Assembly: GCA_023213395.1 (NCBI GenBank)
Contig: CM041465.1
Location: 194,191,741-194,255,740, forward strand
Direction of reading: 5' to 3'
DNA length: 64,000 nucleotides
From: Cycas panzhihuaensis
Lineage: Eukaryota > Plantae > Cycadophyta
The notes below the pieces were generated by a model, which saw only the letters and a list, made by a program, of their open reading frames with translations, was not told where the DNA came from and searched no databases. How positions within the stretch are numbered: the first letter of the stretch is position 1; every line of letters starts with the position of its first letter. The translations under genes and the position numbers were made by a program. Shown here piece after piece: positions 1-12,900 of the stretch.

Positions 1-618
1 ATTTGCATCAAGTCTAGGTGACAACATATGAGAATCTAGTGCATTGGCTGAGTTTTGCATACATAACAATAAAAAACATGACCAGTCATATTTTTGGTAA
101 GCCAAAAATACGACTTTACACTAAAAATGTTATTGGTCACGTTTTTGGTGGCACCAAAAACATGACAAGTTAGGAGGTCAAAATGGCTTATTAAGAACAT
201 CAAAAAATGATTATTGATGATAAATGTCAGCACAAGTAACTTCATTAATGACAAAAATGACCCAAAAAGTGATGAAAACTATAAGCAGAAGACCAAAAAT
301 TAATCAAAAATAAAAATTTAAGGGTGAAATCAAAGTAAAAACAACAAAATAAGAATGTTTCAAAGGAAAAAATGAATTAGAATAATTATAAAAGAAAGAA
401 TTTAGTGCTATAGTTATCAGTCATCGATAGGTGATAGCATAATAATACATCCATCATCATTCATCATATATCATCAATTGAATCAATATAATATTTCATC
501 AAAACATGGCCTAATACAATTAAAAAATAATTCAATCAAACATCTTTACATATCAAGAATAAAAGAGATTTAACAAAAGTAACAAAGGTCAAAGGGAGGG
601 CCAGGTCTTGGTGAAACA
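1..618 (-). repeat. U3 portion of the Gypsy 3' LTR within unit 1 (the same segment spans 4217-5376 etc. in later units)
   Basis: Segment 4211-4758 plus 1-618 aligns by eye with 47665-48811. Both end at ...GGTGAAACA (minus-strand TGTTTCACC, a TG LTR start). Confidence 0.85.
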
Positions 619-629
619 TTTATCCTCTT
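619..629 (-). promoter_or_regulatory. Polypurine tract of the Gypsy element (minus AAGAGGATAAA directly before TGTTTCACC), one per unit
   Basis: Purine run abutting the LTR start. It is absent next to the 48811 LTR copy, as expected if that copy is the 5' LTR. Confidence 0.75.
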
Positions 630-871
630 AGCACCTAAAGCTCCTACTTCAAAAAAGAAAGTGGGATGATGAAATATAATAATATAAAGGTAAAGGATTT
701 TCTATTAAAAGTCAACAAAGTCAAGATGAGATATGTGAATGATGAATTACTAAGTTATAAAGGTACTACGATCTAAATTAAAACAAACTTCCTACGATAA
801 TAAACTAAAAGAATCTCTCTTCAATGCTTACCCAAAAGGATTGGGTTCTCACTCACTAATCCATTGATTGA

Positions 872-937
872 TGCTAAATGCCCACAAATTGGATGGGACT
901 TCAACGCTAAATACCCATAAATTGGATGGGACTTCAA
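872..937. repeat. 33-bp tandem duplication (GCTAAATRCCCAYAAATTGGATGGGACTTCAA x2) in the Gypsy 3'UTR, in every unit
   Basis: Read directly from the sequence. Confidence 0.85.
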
Positions 938-1525
938 TATATAATTGGTCATAGTTTATCTCTCTTTAACCATCTATCATATTTTTTGGGCTCATTAATA
1001 GGTGATTTTTCAAAGTAATTCATCATAGTTTAGACTCATTAATAGGGTGAAGGATTTCAAAACTCGATTATTATAGTTTAACCTCATCAAAAATCATCTT
1101 TCAAAGGGTTTCCTTGTTAAAGCATAATGTTTAATATATATGGTGTACACATGTACTTCCCACCATTCACCTACTTCGCGATATGTGAGACGCATACATA
1201 TCGATGTTATCCCACTATTCGATGATGTAATAGCTTATTATATTTGATAGGTTACTCATGAGATGATTATCACTATATATATATACTCTAACTACTTGAA
1301 AACTTAAGAAAGGTTAAAGACTTGGAAATGTAAACCTTATGATCATAAGTGGAGTATTCACTACACCTTCTCCCATGGTTTTCTCTATACTAGGTTTTCC
1401 ATATATAAATCTTGGTGTCTTATGGTGATGATTATATGTGATGATGTTTACTTTGCATTCATGTTGATGCCTCATGTTTATATACTCATTAGTCTATTAT
1501 TATATGCATCTTCTTATTTTTAACA

Positions 1526-1537
1526 TGGTATTAGAGC
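1526..1537 (+). promoter_or_regulatory. tRNA-iMet primer binding site TGGTATTAGAGC after LTR end TTTTAACA
   Basis: One C>T change from canonical TGGTATCAGAGC, directly after CA. Confidence 0.85.
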
Positions 1538-3686
1538 AGCGTTATATCCAAGATGATATGGTGAGGTAAAGATCCTGTTGTTCTAGATTTAAGCCTATCA
1601 AGCCTATGACATGAGTTATTTATGGGGTATTTTTTTATTGAGCTAGTTATATGCATATGATAGTGACATGCATGACTATTTATAAGATAGATAAAGCCAG
1701 TCAAGCCATATACAGGACACATTTAGTCGATACTGGTGGTATGTTTATATGTTGATTTTATGTGGACATTTCATTTACGCATGTTGGGCCCTATATTCAT
1801 GAAGCATGTAGGTATTTATAGCAGTCCATATGCTGTTATATTCAATCCATAAGTGAAGGCTTTAACGAGCATCTATTAATGGATTTACTATCACTCATGG
1901 ACCATTCTAGAGGCTTTTATGAGCATTTTATAATGAGATTTGCTACCATAATGAGGACAACCCATTAGTACATCATGAAATAGGAAACAAGCCTATATAA
2001 CATCCTTTTGATAGGTATTTTAGTGAAAATATGAAAGGTACATTGCATGTGACATGCAATAATTACAAGTGAATTACATATTTATGAGGGAAATTCTTTA
2101 TTACATCATATGGATGATTTATATACGCATGGCATAGGTGGTTATGAGACATGACTACTTGGGTTATGACTAAATGCCAAACCCTAGATAATGATATATT
2201 TAATTTATATGAAACATATGTGATACACTTCATTGGATGATTCAATTATATAATGGCATATGTCATGATATGTTTAGTGGCATATGAGTAATATTATATG
2301 GGCATATTGTATGTTTGATATTATGACTAAACATGGAAATTAGCCATCCACCACACCCTTCTAGGATGCAAAATAGTGACAAGTAATGTTGCCAAGAGTA
2401 ACCATAGTTGTACAACAAAACCTAGCTACAACACATGAATGTTGTATGAATTTCATATATAAATGGAATGATTTTATAAAGCATGGTTTTGATCTTGCAA
2501 AATGTTTAAAGGCATGGAAGTATGCCTAATTACAATAATCATGTAAACACATAAACCCTACAAGGATTATATGATGCTACTACTAATTGGATGGCATCAG
2601 TTATGAATGGAGATATCATCAACCTTGCCATCACAGATGCCACCCAACATTTCCATATCACCTGCCATTGAGGATGTCTCTCCTTATGCCCTATGCAGTT
2701 GAACTAGATGCTTACTCTTCATAGATCTTGTGAAGAACCCTTACCTTTTACTATGCCTAATGAAGAAGATGATAAATATCCTTGCATATATATCATTGCC
2801 TAGCTAACTAGCCATCTACTAAATAAATGAGAAAATCAGAATGAAAGTCGTCAGTCAAACCCTTGAATCATGTAGGAATAAATCTGTAGAAATGTAGATG
2901 TATTATGAATGTCTATTACTTAGAATAAGATCAAATATATAATGCAAGTTGGATGCCTCTAATTCAATTTTGGATCCAATGTAGATTTAGAAATATGCCA
3001 TCCACGTAGAAATGCCACTATTACAAAGATTGATTCTAACATACATATTGGAATTGTATAGAGAGGTGATAACAAATTTTGTAGAAGTAAATGATTTTTT
3101 TAGACCATTAAAAAAATTACATATAGTTTGAACATTTTTAATTTGATTGGATAAATTTTTAGTTTCAGAGCATTGTTATTACATTGGTAGGTGGTCATAT
3201 GGCGTGCTTATATGACCAGGGGCTAAGATATTAAAGGGACAGATACCAAAGTTTTATAAATTGAATTGGATACTTTCTTATTTTTCAAAAATTATATTTA
3301 ATATTTGATAAAATTTTAGTTGGTAACTATTTTCTTAAGGATTATGTACTTTTCCATGGTATATTAGCACATTTACACTGTAACTCATTACTCGTATATC
3401 AAAATCAGATACTGTCTATTGCGTTGGTAAGCTGACTTCAAGACATTTGTAATGAGTGGTCACACGACTACTTTGGACAATAAAAGATGGAGAAATTTTA
3501 TAGTAAAGTTGATGCAAAGGCTCCAAATCTCATTTTGAATAAATTCTATATTGATTTTTAGAAAATTTTTAGTTAATTCCAATATTTTAAAGGAAATCAC
3601 ATATTACCCTGTGATTTCCTTTATATATTTGATGTTTTATGTGTACATACTCATGAGTTTATATTATTATATCTTTATATTTAACA

Positions 3687-3730
3687 TGGTATTAGAGTCA
3701 TACATGTATATTTTCAACATAGTATCGGAG
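3687..3730 (+). promoter_or_regulatory. Two tandem Met-type PBS copies (3687-3697, 3720-3730), each preceded by an LTR-end-like ...AACA
   Basis: TTTAACA-TGGTATTAGAG-tcatacatgtatatTTTCAACA-TGGTATCGGAG (TAGT in copy 1)-taatcttattacccaaaTTTTAACA; present in all five copies. Confidence 0.8.
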
Positions 3731-3760
3731 TAATCTTATTACCCAAATTTTAACATCCAT

Positions 3761-3952
3761 GTCATAGTTTAGGCTCTTTAATAGGTAAAAGGGAGTCAGA
3801 GCATTACCTTGTCATAGTTTAGGCTCTTTAATAAGTGAAAAGGGGCTCAGAGAATTACTCTATCATAGTTTAGGCTCTTTAATAGGTGAAAAGGGGCTGA
3901 GAGTGTTACCCTGCCATAGTTTAGGCTCTTTAACAAGTGAAAAGGGGCTTGG
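3761..3952. repeat. Four ~50-bp tandem repeats CATAGTTTAGGCTCTTTAATAGGTGAAAAGGGGCTCAGAG... (Gypsy 3'UTR repeats), in every unit
   Basis: Read directly. Related cores occur at 945-1090, ~31870, ~32418 and 39465-39520. Confidence 0.9.
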
Positions 3953-6900
3953 AGTGATTTGGGGACCAATATAAAGATTAATATGAAGGAAGAACGAATA
4001 TGAGATAATAAATCATGTCTCAAAAAAGCTCCATAAAAGGAAAATATTTTCGAGAAGGATAAATGAGCCTATGAAAGAGAACATGAATGATTTTACTATC
4101 ACAAAGTAATTTCACATGATAATTATAGTTAAAAAGAGATAGAATTCACTTTCATAGACTTAATAGATGAAAGAAAAGAGTTTACCTTAGAAAAAAGAGA
4201 AAGCCCCCTCCCCCCCTTAGAAATTTGGATAGGTACGGAAGAATGGGAGGAGGCAGATATTTAGATTGTGAAGAGATGACCATGCTTCACATTGGTCTAT
4301 CTCCTTTCTGTCCCATAAAGGGCAGGCCTTTTAGCTAATTTTCTATGATAAAAATAAATACAAAAGCACCTCAACAATCAACAAGAAGGAGAGAGATTTT
4401 AAATATAGAAAGTTACTAAAGAGTAGTGAAATCACAAGAGTTCTCAATAGGAAAGAGATTACCAATTGATAAAGAAATTTGAAGCTGAAAACCTTGAAAG
4501 AAACTAGAATATTTAGAGAAGATTATCAATAAAAATGAACATCAGTAAACATAGCAATCGAAGCTTCAAAATCTCCCTTGATTTCACCCTTTTTCTTGCA
4601 AATGGTAGTATTTTCAATAGTAGTAGTAAAATATCTAAAGAAAGTTTCCAAAATCTCTCTCAAAAAACTCTCTAGATTTGATCTCTTTTTCTTTCAAAAA
4701 AAATCTCTATATGAGTCATAAATAGGATTTTCTATAATTCTAGGCACCAAAGGGGTAGATTTGCATCAAGTCTAGGTGACAATATGTAAGAATCTAGTGC
4801 ATTGGCTGAGTTTTGCATGCATAACAATAAAAAACATGACTAGTCATATTTTTGGTAAGCCAAAAATACGACCTTACACTAAAAATGTTATTGGTCAAGT
4901 TTTTGGTAGCACCAAAAACATGACAAGTTAGGAGGTCCAAATGGCTCATTAAGAAGATCAAAAAATGATTATTGATGATAAATGTCAGCATAAGTAACTT
5001 CATTAATGACAAAAATGACCCAAAAAGTGATGAAAATTATAAGCAGAAGCCCAAAAATTAATAAAAAATGAAAATTTACGGGTGAAATCAGAGTAAAAAC
5101 AACAAAATAAGAATGTTTCAAAGGAAAAAATGAATTAGAATAATTATAAAAGAAAGAATTTAGTGCTATAGTTATCAGTCATCGACAGGTGATAGCATAA
5201 TAATACATCCATCATCATTTATCATATATCATCAATTGAATCAATATAACATTTCATCAAAACATGGCCTAATACAATTAAAAAATAATTCAATCAAACA
5301 TCTTTACATATCAAGAATAAAAGATATTTAACAAAAGTAGCAAAGGTCAAAGGGAGGTCCAGGTTTTGGTGAAACATTTATCCTCTTGGCACCTAAAGCT
5401 CCTACTTCAAAAAATAAAGTGGGATGATGAAATCTAATAATATAAAGGTAAAGGATTTTCTATTAAAAGTCAACAAAGTCAAGATGAGATATGTGAAAGA
5501 CGAATTACTAAGTTACAAAGGTTCTACGATCTAAATTAAAACAAACTTCCTACGATAATAAACTAAAAGAATCTCTCTTAAATGCTTACCTAAAAGAATT
5601 GAGTTCTCACTCACTAATCCATTGATTTATACTAAATGCCCACAAATTGGATGGGACTTCAATGCTAAATACCCATAAATTGGATGGGACTCCAATATAT
5701 AATTGGTCATAGTTTATCTCTCTTTAACCATCTATCATATTTTTTGGGCTCATTAATAGGTGGTTTTTCAAAGTAATTCATCATAGTTTAGACTCATTAA
5801 TAGGGTGAAGGATTTCAAAACTCGATTATTATAGTTTAACCTCATCAAAAATCATCTTTCAAAGGGTTCCCTTATTAAAACATAATGTTTAATATATATG
5901 GTATACACATGTACTTCCCACCATTCACCTACTTCGCGATATGTGAGACGCATACATATCGATGTTATCCTACTATTCGATGATGTAATAGCTTATTATA
6001 TTAGATAGGTTACTCATGAGATGATTATCACTATATATATATACTCTAACTACTTGAAAACTTGAGAAAGGTTAAAGACTTCGAAATGTAAACCTTATGA
6101 TCATAAGTGGAGTATTAACTACACCTTCTCCCATGGTTTTTTCCATACTAGGTTTTTCACATATAAATCTTGGTGTCTTGTGGTGATGATTATATGTGAT
6201 GATGTTTACTTTGCATTCATGTTGATGCTTCACGTTTACATACTCATTAGTCTATTATTATATGCATCTTCCTATTTTTAACATGATATTAGAGCAGCGT
6301 TATATCCAAGATGCTATGATGAGGTAAAGATCTTGTTGTTCTATATTTAAGCCTATCAAGCCTATGACATGAGTTATTTATGGGGTATTTTTTTATTGAG
6401 CTAGTTATATACATATGATAGTGACATGCATAACTATTTATAAGACAGATAAAGCCATATACAGGACACATATAGTCGATACTAGTGGTATGTTTATATG
6501 TTGATTTTATGTGGACATTTCATTTACGCATGTTGGGCCCTATGTTCATGAAGCATGTAGGTATTTATAACAGTCCATATGCTATTATATTCAATCCATA
6601 AGTGAAGGCTTTAACGAGCATCCATTAATGGATTTACTATCACTTATGGACCATTCTAGAGGCTTTTATGAGCATTTTATAATGAGATTTGCTACCCTAA
6701 TGAGGACAACCCATTAGTACATCATGAAATAGGAAACAAGCCTATATAACATCCTATTGACGGGTATTTTAGTCAAAATATGAAAGGTACATGGCATGTG
6801 ACATGTAATAATTACAAGTGAATTACATATTTATGAGGGAAATTCTTTATTACATCATATGGATGATTTATATATGCATGGCATAGGTGGTTATGAGACA

Positions 6901-9900
6901 TGACTACTTGGGTTATGACTAAATGCCAAACCCTAGATAATGATATATTTAATTTATATGAAACATATGTGATACACTTCATTGGATGATTCAATTATAT
7001 AATGGCATATGTGATGATATGTTTAGTGACATATGTGTAATATTATATGGGCATATTGTATGTTTGATATTATGACTAAACATGGAAATTAGCCATCCAC
7101 CACACCCTTCTAGGATGCAAAATAGTAACAAGTAATATTGCCAAGAGTAACCATAGTTGTACAACAAAACCTAGCTACAACACATGAATGTTGTACAAAT
7201 TTCATATATAAATGGAATGATTTTATACAGCATGGTTTTGATCTTGCAAAACATTTAAAGGCATGGAAGTATGCCTAATTACAATAATCATGTAAACATA
7301 TAAACCCTATAGGGATTATATGATACTACTACTAGTTGGATGACATCAGTTATGAATGGAGATATCATCAACCTTGCCATCACAGATGCCACCCAACATT
7401 TCCATATCACCTGCCATTGAGGATATCTCTCCTTATGCCCTATGCAGTTGAACTAGATGCTTACTCTTCATAGATCTTATGAAGAACCCTTACCTTTTAC
7501 TATGCCTAATGAAGAAGATGATAAATATCCTTGCATATATATCATTGCCTAGCTAACTAGCCATCTTCTAAATAAATGAGAAAATCAGAATGAAAGTCGT
7601 CAGTCAAACCCTTGAATCATGTAGGAATAAATCTGTAGAAATGTAGATGTATTGTGAATGTCTATTACTTAGAATAAGATCAAATATATAATGCAAGTTG
7701 CATGCCTCTAATTCAATTTTGGATCCAATGTAGATTTAGAAATATGCCATCCACGTAGAAATGCCACTATTACAAAGATTGATTATAACATGCAGATTAG
7801 AATTGTATAGAGAGGTGACAACAAATTTTGTAGACGTAAATGATTTTTTCAAACCATTAAAAAAATTACTTATAGTTTGAACATTTTTAATTTGATTGGA
7901 TAAATTTTTAGTTTCAGAGCATTATTTTTACATCGGTAGGTGGTCATATAGTGTGCTTATATGTCCAGGGGCTAAGATATTAAAGGGACAGATGCCAAAG
8001 TTTTATAAATTGAATTGGATACTTTCTTATGTTTCAAAAATTATATTTAATATTTGATAAAATTTTAGTTTTGTAACTATTTTCTTAAGGATTATGTACT
8101 TTTTAAGGGTATATTAGCACATTTACACTGTAACTCATTACTCGTATATCAAAATCAGATAATGTCTATTGCATTGGAAAGCTGACTTCAAGACGGTTGT
8201 AATGAGTTGTCACATGACTACTTTGGACAATAAAAGATGGAGAAATTTTAGAGTAAAGTTGATGCAAAGGCTCCAAATCTCATTTTGAATAAATTCTATA
8301 TCGATTTTTAGAAAAAATTTAGTTAATTCCAATGTTTTAAAGGAAATCACATATTACCCTGTGATTTCCTTTATATATTTGATGTTTTATGTGTACATAC
8401 TCACGAGTTCATATTATTACATCTTTATATTTAACATGGTATTAGAGTCATACATGTATATTTTTAACATGGTATCGGAGTAATCTTATTACCCAAATTT
8501 TAACATCCATGTCATAGTTTAGGCTCTCTAATAGGTAAAAGGGAGCCAGAGCATTACCTTGTCATAGTTTAGGCTCTTTAATAAGTGAAAAGGGGCTCAG
8601 AGAATTACTATATCATAGTTTAGGCTCTTTAATAGGTGAAAAGGGGCTCAGAGTATTACCCTACCATAGTTTAGGCTCTTTAACAAGTGAAAAGGAGCTT
8701 GGAGTGATTTGGGGACCAATATAAAGATTAATATGAAGGAAGAATGAATATGAGATGATAAATCATGTCTCAAAAAAGCTCCGTAAAAGGAAAATATTTT
8801 TGAGGAGGATAAATGAGCCTATCAAAGAGAACATGAATGATTTTACTATCACAAAGTAATTTCACATGATAATTGTAGTTAAAAAGAGATAGAATTCACT
8901 TTCATTAACTTAATAGATGAAAGAAAAGAGTTTACCTTAAAAAAAAGAGAAAACCCCCTCCCCCCCTCCCCCCCTTAGAAATTTGGGCGGGTACAAAAGA
9001 ATGGGAGGAGGTAGATATTTAGATAGTGAAGAGATGACCATGCTTCACACTGGTCTATCTCCTTTTAGTCCCATAAAGGGCAAGCCTTTCAGCTAAATTT
9101 CTATGATAAAAATAAATACAAAAGCACCTCAACAATCAATAAGAAGGAAAGAAAGATTTTAAATATAGAAAGTTACTAAAGAGTAGTGAAATCGCAAGAG
9201 TTCTCAATAGGAAAGAGATTGCCAATTGATAAAGAAATTTGAAGATAAAAACCTTGAAAGAAACTAGAATATTTAAAGAATATCATCAATAAAAATAAAC
9301 ATCAGTAAACATAGCAATCGAAGCTTCAAAATCTCCCTTGATTCACCCTTTTTCTTGCAAATGGTAGTATTTTCAATAGTAGTAGTAAAATCTCTAAAGA
9401 AAGTTTCCAAAATCTCTCTCAAAAAACTCTCTAAATTTGATCTCTTTTTCTTTCAAAAAAAATCTCTATATGAGTCATAAATAGGATTTTCTATAATTCT
9501 AGGCACCAAAGGGGTAGATTTGCATCAAGTCTAGGTGACAATATGTGAGAATCTAGTGCATTGGCTGAGTTTTGCATGCATAACAATAAAAAACATGACC
9601 AGTCATATTTTTGGTAAGCCAAAAATACGACCTTACACTAAAAATGTCATTGGTCACGTTTTTGGTGGCACCAAAAACATGACAAGTTAGGAGGTCAAAA
9701 TGGCTCATTAAGAAGATCAAAAAATGAATATTGATGATAAATGTCAGCACAAGTAACTTCATTAATGACAAAAATAACCTAAAAAGTGATGAAAATTATA
9801 AGCAGAAGCTCAAAAATTAATAAAAAATGAAAATTTACAGGTGAAATCAAAGTAAAAACAATAAAATAAGAATGTTTCAAAGGAAAAATGAATTAGAATA

Positions 9901-12900
9901 ATTATAAAAGAAAGAATTTAGTGCTATAGTTATCAGTCATCGACAGGTGATAGCATAATAATACATCCATCATCATTCATCATATATCATCAATTGAATC
10001 AATATAACATTTCATCAAAACATGGCCTAATACAATTAGAAAATAATTCAATCAAACATCTTTACATATCAAGAATACAAGAGATTTAACAAAAGTAGCA
10101 AAGGTCAAAGGGAGGGCCAGGTTTTGGTGAAACATTTATCCTCTTGGCACCTAAAGCTCCTACTTCAAAAAATAAAGTGGGATGATGAAATCTAATAAAT
10201 AAAGGTAAAGGATTTTCTATTAAAAGTCAACAAAGTCAAGATGAGATATGTGAATGACGAATTACTAAGTTACAAAGGTTCTACGATCTAAATTAAAACA
10301 AACTTCCTATGATAATAAACTAAAAGAATCTCTCTTAAATGCTTACCCAAAAGGATTGGGTTCTCACTCACTAATCCATTGATTGATGCTAAATGCCCAC
10401 AAATTGGATGGGACTTCAATGCTAAATACCCATAAATTGGATGGGACTTCAATATATAATTGGTCATAGTTTATCTCTCTTTAACCATCTATCATATTTT
10501 TTGGGCTCATTAATAAGTGATTTTTCAAAGTAATTCATCATAGTTTAGACTCATTAATAGGGTGAAGGATTTCAAAACTCGATTATTATAGTTTAACCTC
10601 ATCAAAAATCATCTTTCAAAGGGTTCCCTTATTAAAACGTAATGTTTAATATATATGGTGTACACGTGTACTTCCCACCATTCACCTACTTCGCGATATG
10701 TGAGACGTATACATATCGATGTTATCCCATTATTCGATGATGTAATAGCTTATTATATTTGATAGGTTACTCATGAGATGATTATCACTATATATATATA
10801 GTCTAACTACTTGAAAAATGTTAAAGACTTGGAAATGTAAAGCTTATGATCATAAGTGGAGTATTAACTACACCTTCTCCCATGGTTTTTTCTATACTAG
10901 GTTTTCCACATATAAATCTTGGTGTCTTGTGGTGATGATTATATGTGATGATGTTTACTTTGCATTCATGTTGATGCTTCATGTTTACATACTCATTAGT
11001 CTACTATTATATGCATCTTCCTATTTTTAACATGGTATTAGAGCAACGTTATATCCAAGATGCTATGGTGAGGTAAAGATCCTGTTGTTCTAGATTTAAG
11101 CCTATCAAGCCTATGACATGAGTCATTCATGGGGTATTTTTTTATTGAGCTAGTTATATGCATATGATAATGACATGTATGACTATTTATAAAATAGATA
11201 AAGCCAGTCAAGCCATATATAGGACACATATAGTCGATACTGGTGGTATGTTTATATGTTGATTTTATGTGGACATTTCATTTACACATGTTGGGCCCTA
11301 TATTCATGAAGCATGTAGGTATTTATAGTAGTCCATATGCTATTATATTTAATCCATAAGTGAAGGCTTTAACGAGCATCCATTAATGGATTTGCTATTA
11401 CTCATGGACCATTCTAGAGGTTTTTATGAGCATTTTATAATGAGATTTGCTACCATAATGAGGACAACCCATTAGTACATCATGATATAGGAAACAAGCC
11501 TATATAACATCCTATTGACAGGTATCTTAGTGAAAATATGAAAGGTACATGGCATGTGACATGCAATAATTACAAGTGAATTACATATTTATGAGGGAAA
11601 TTCTTTATTACATCATATGGATGATTTATATACACATGGCATAGGCGGTTATGAGACATGACTACTTGGGTTATGACTAAATGCCAAACCCTAGATAATG
11701 ATATATTTAATTTATATGAAACATATATGATGCACTTCATTGGATGATTCAATTATATAATGGCATATGTGATGATATGTTTAGTGGCATATGAGTAATA
11801 TTATATGGGTATATTGTATGTTTGATATTATGACTAAACATGGAAATTAGCCATCCACCGCAACCTTCTAGGATGCAAAATAGTGATAAGTAATGTTATC
11901 AAGAGTAACCATAGTTGTACAACAAAACCTAGCTACAACACATGAATGTTGTATGAATTTAATATATAAATGGAATGACTTTATACAGCATGGTTTTTAT
12001 CTTGCAAAATGTTTAAAGGCATGGAATTATGCCTAATTACAATAATCATGTAAACATATAAATCCTACAGGGATTATATGATGCTACTACTAGTTGGATG
12101 GCATCACTTATGAATGGAGATATCATCAACCTTGCCATCACAGATGCCACCCAACATTTCCATATCACCTACCATTGAGGATGTCTCTCCTTATGCCCTA
12201 TGCAGTTGAACTAGATGCTTACTCTTCATAGATCTTGTGAAGAACCCTTACCTTTTACTATGCCTAATGAAGAAGATGATAAATATCCTTGCATATATAT
12301 CATTGCCTAGCTAACTAGCCATCTACTAAACAAATGAGAAAATCAAAATGAAAGTCATCAGTCAAATCCTTGAATCATGCAGGAATAAATCTGTAGAAAT
12401 GTAGATGTATTGTGAATGTCTATTACTTAGAATAAGATCAAATATATAATGCAAGTTGGATGCCTCTAATTCAATTTTGGATCCAATGTAGATTTAGAAA
12501 TATGCCATCCACGTAGAAATGCCACTATTACAAAGATTGATTCTAACATGCAGATTGGAATTCTATAGAGAGGTGACAATAAATTTTGTAGACGTAAATG
12601 ATTTTTTAAAACCATTAAAAAAATTACATATAGTTTGAATATTTTTAATTTGATTGGATAAAGTTTTAGTTTCAGAGCATTGTTTTTACATCGGTAGGTG
12701 GTCATATGGTGTGCTTATATGACCAGGAGCTAAGATATTAAAGGGACAGATGCCAAAGTTTTATAAATTGAATTGGATACTTTCTTATTTTTCAAAAATT
12801 ATATTTAATATTTGATAAAATTTTAGTTTTGTAACTATTTTCTTAAGGATTATGTACTTTTTCACGGTATATTAGCACATTTACACTGTAACTCATTACT

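Larger units (their letters stand above)
1115..3755 (+). mobile_element. Deleted, non-autonomous Copia-derived element nested in the Gypsy 3'UTR (other copies 5873-8505, 10630-13263, 15381-18002, 20803-23417)
   Basis: Termini TGTTAAA...TTTAACA; flanks TCCCT/TCCAT (4/5 TSD in copies 2-5). The 5' LTR (1115-1525) has a TATA run and GGTTTTCCA.ATAAATCTTGGTGTC, followed by a Met-type PBS. Faint gag-like (NG..YHSW, ~1880) and RT-start-like (TW.L...P..GCK, ~2330) traces. Gypsy 3'UTR repeats resume on both sides. Confidence 0.65.

Noticed and set aside
3583-3755. Independent ~173-bp solo mini-LTR (TGTTTTAAAGG...TTTTAACA, flanks TCCAA/TCCAT)
   Set aside because: Not excluded, but the 1115-3755 boundary gives a better terminal inverted repeat, an equally good TSD and restores the Gypsy 3'UTR repeats.
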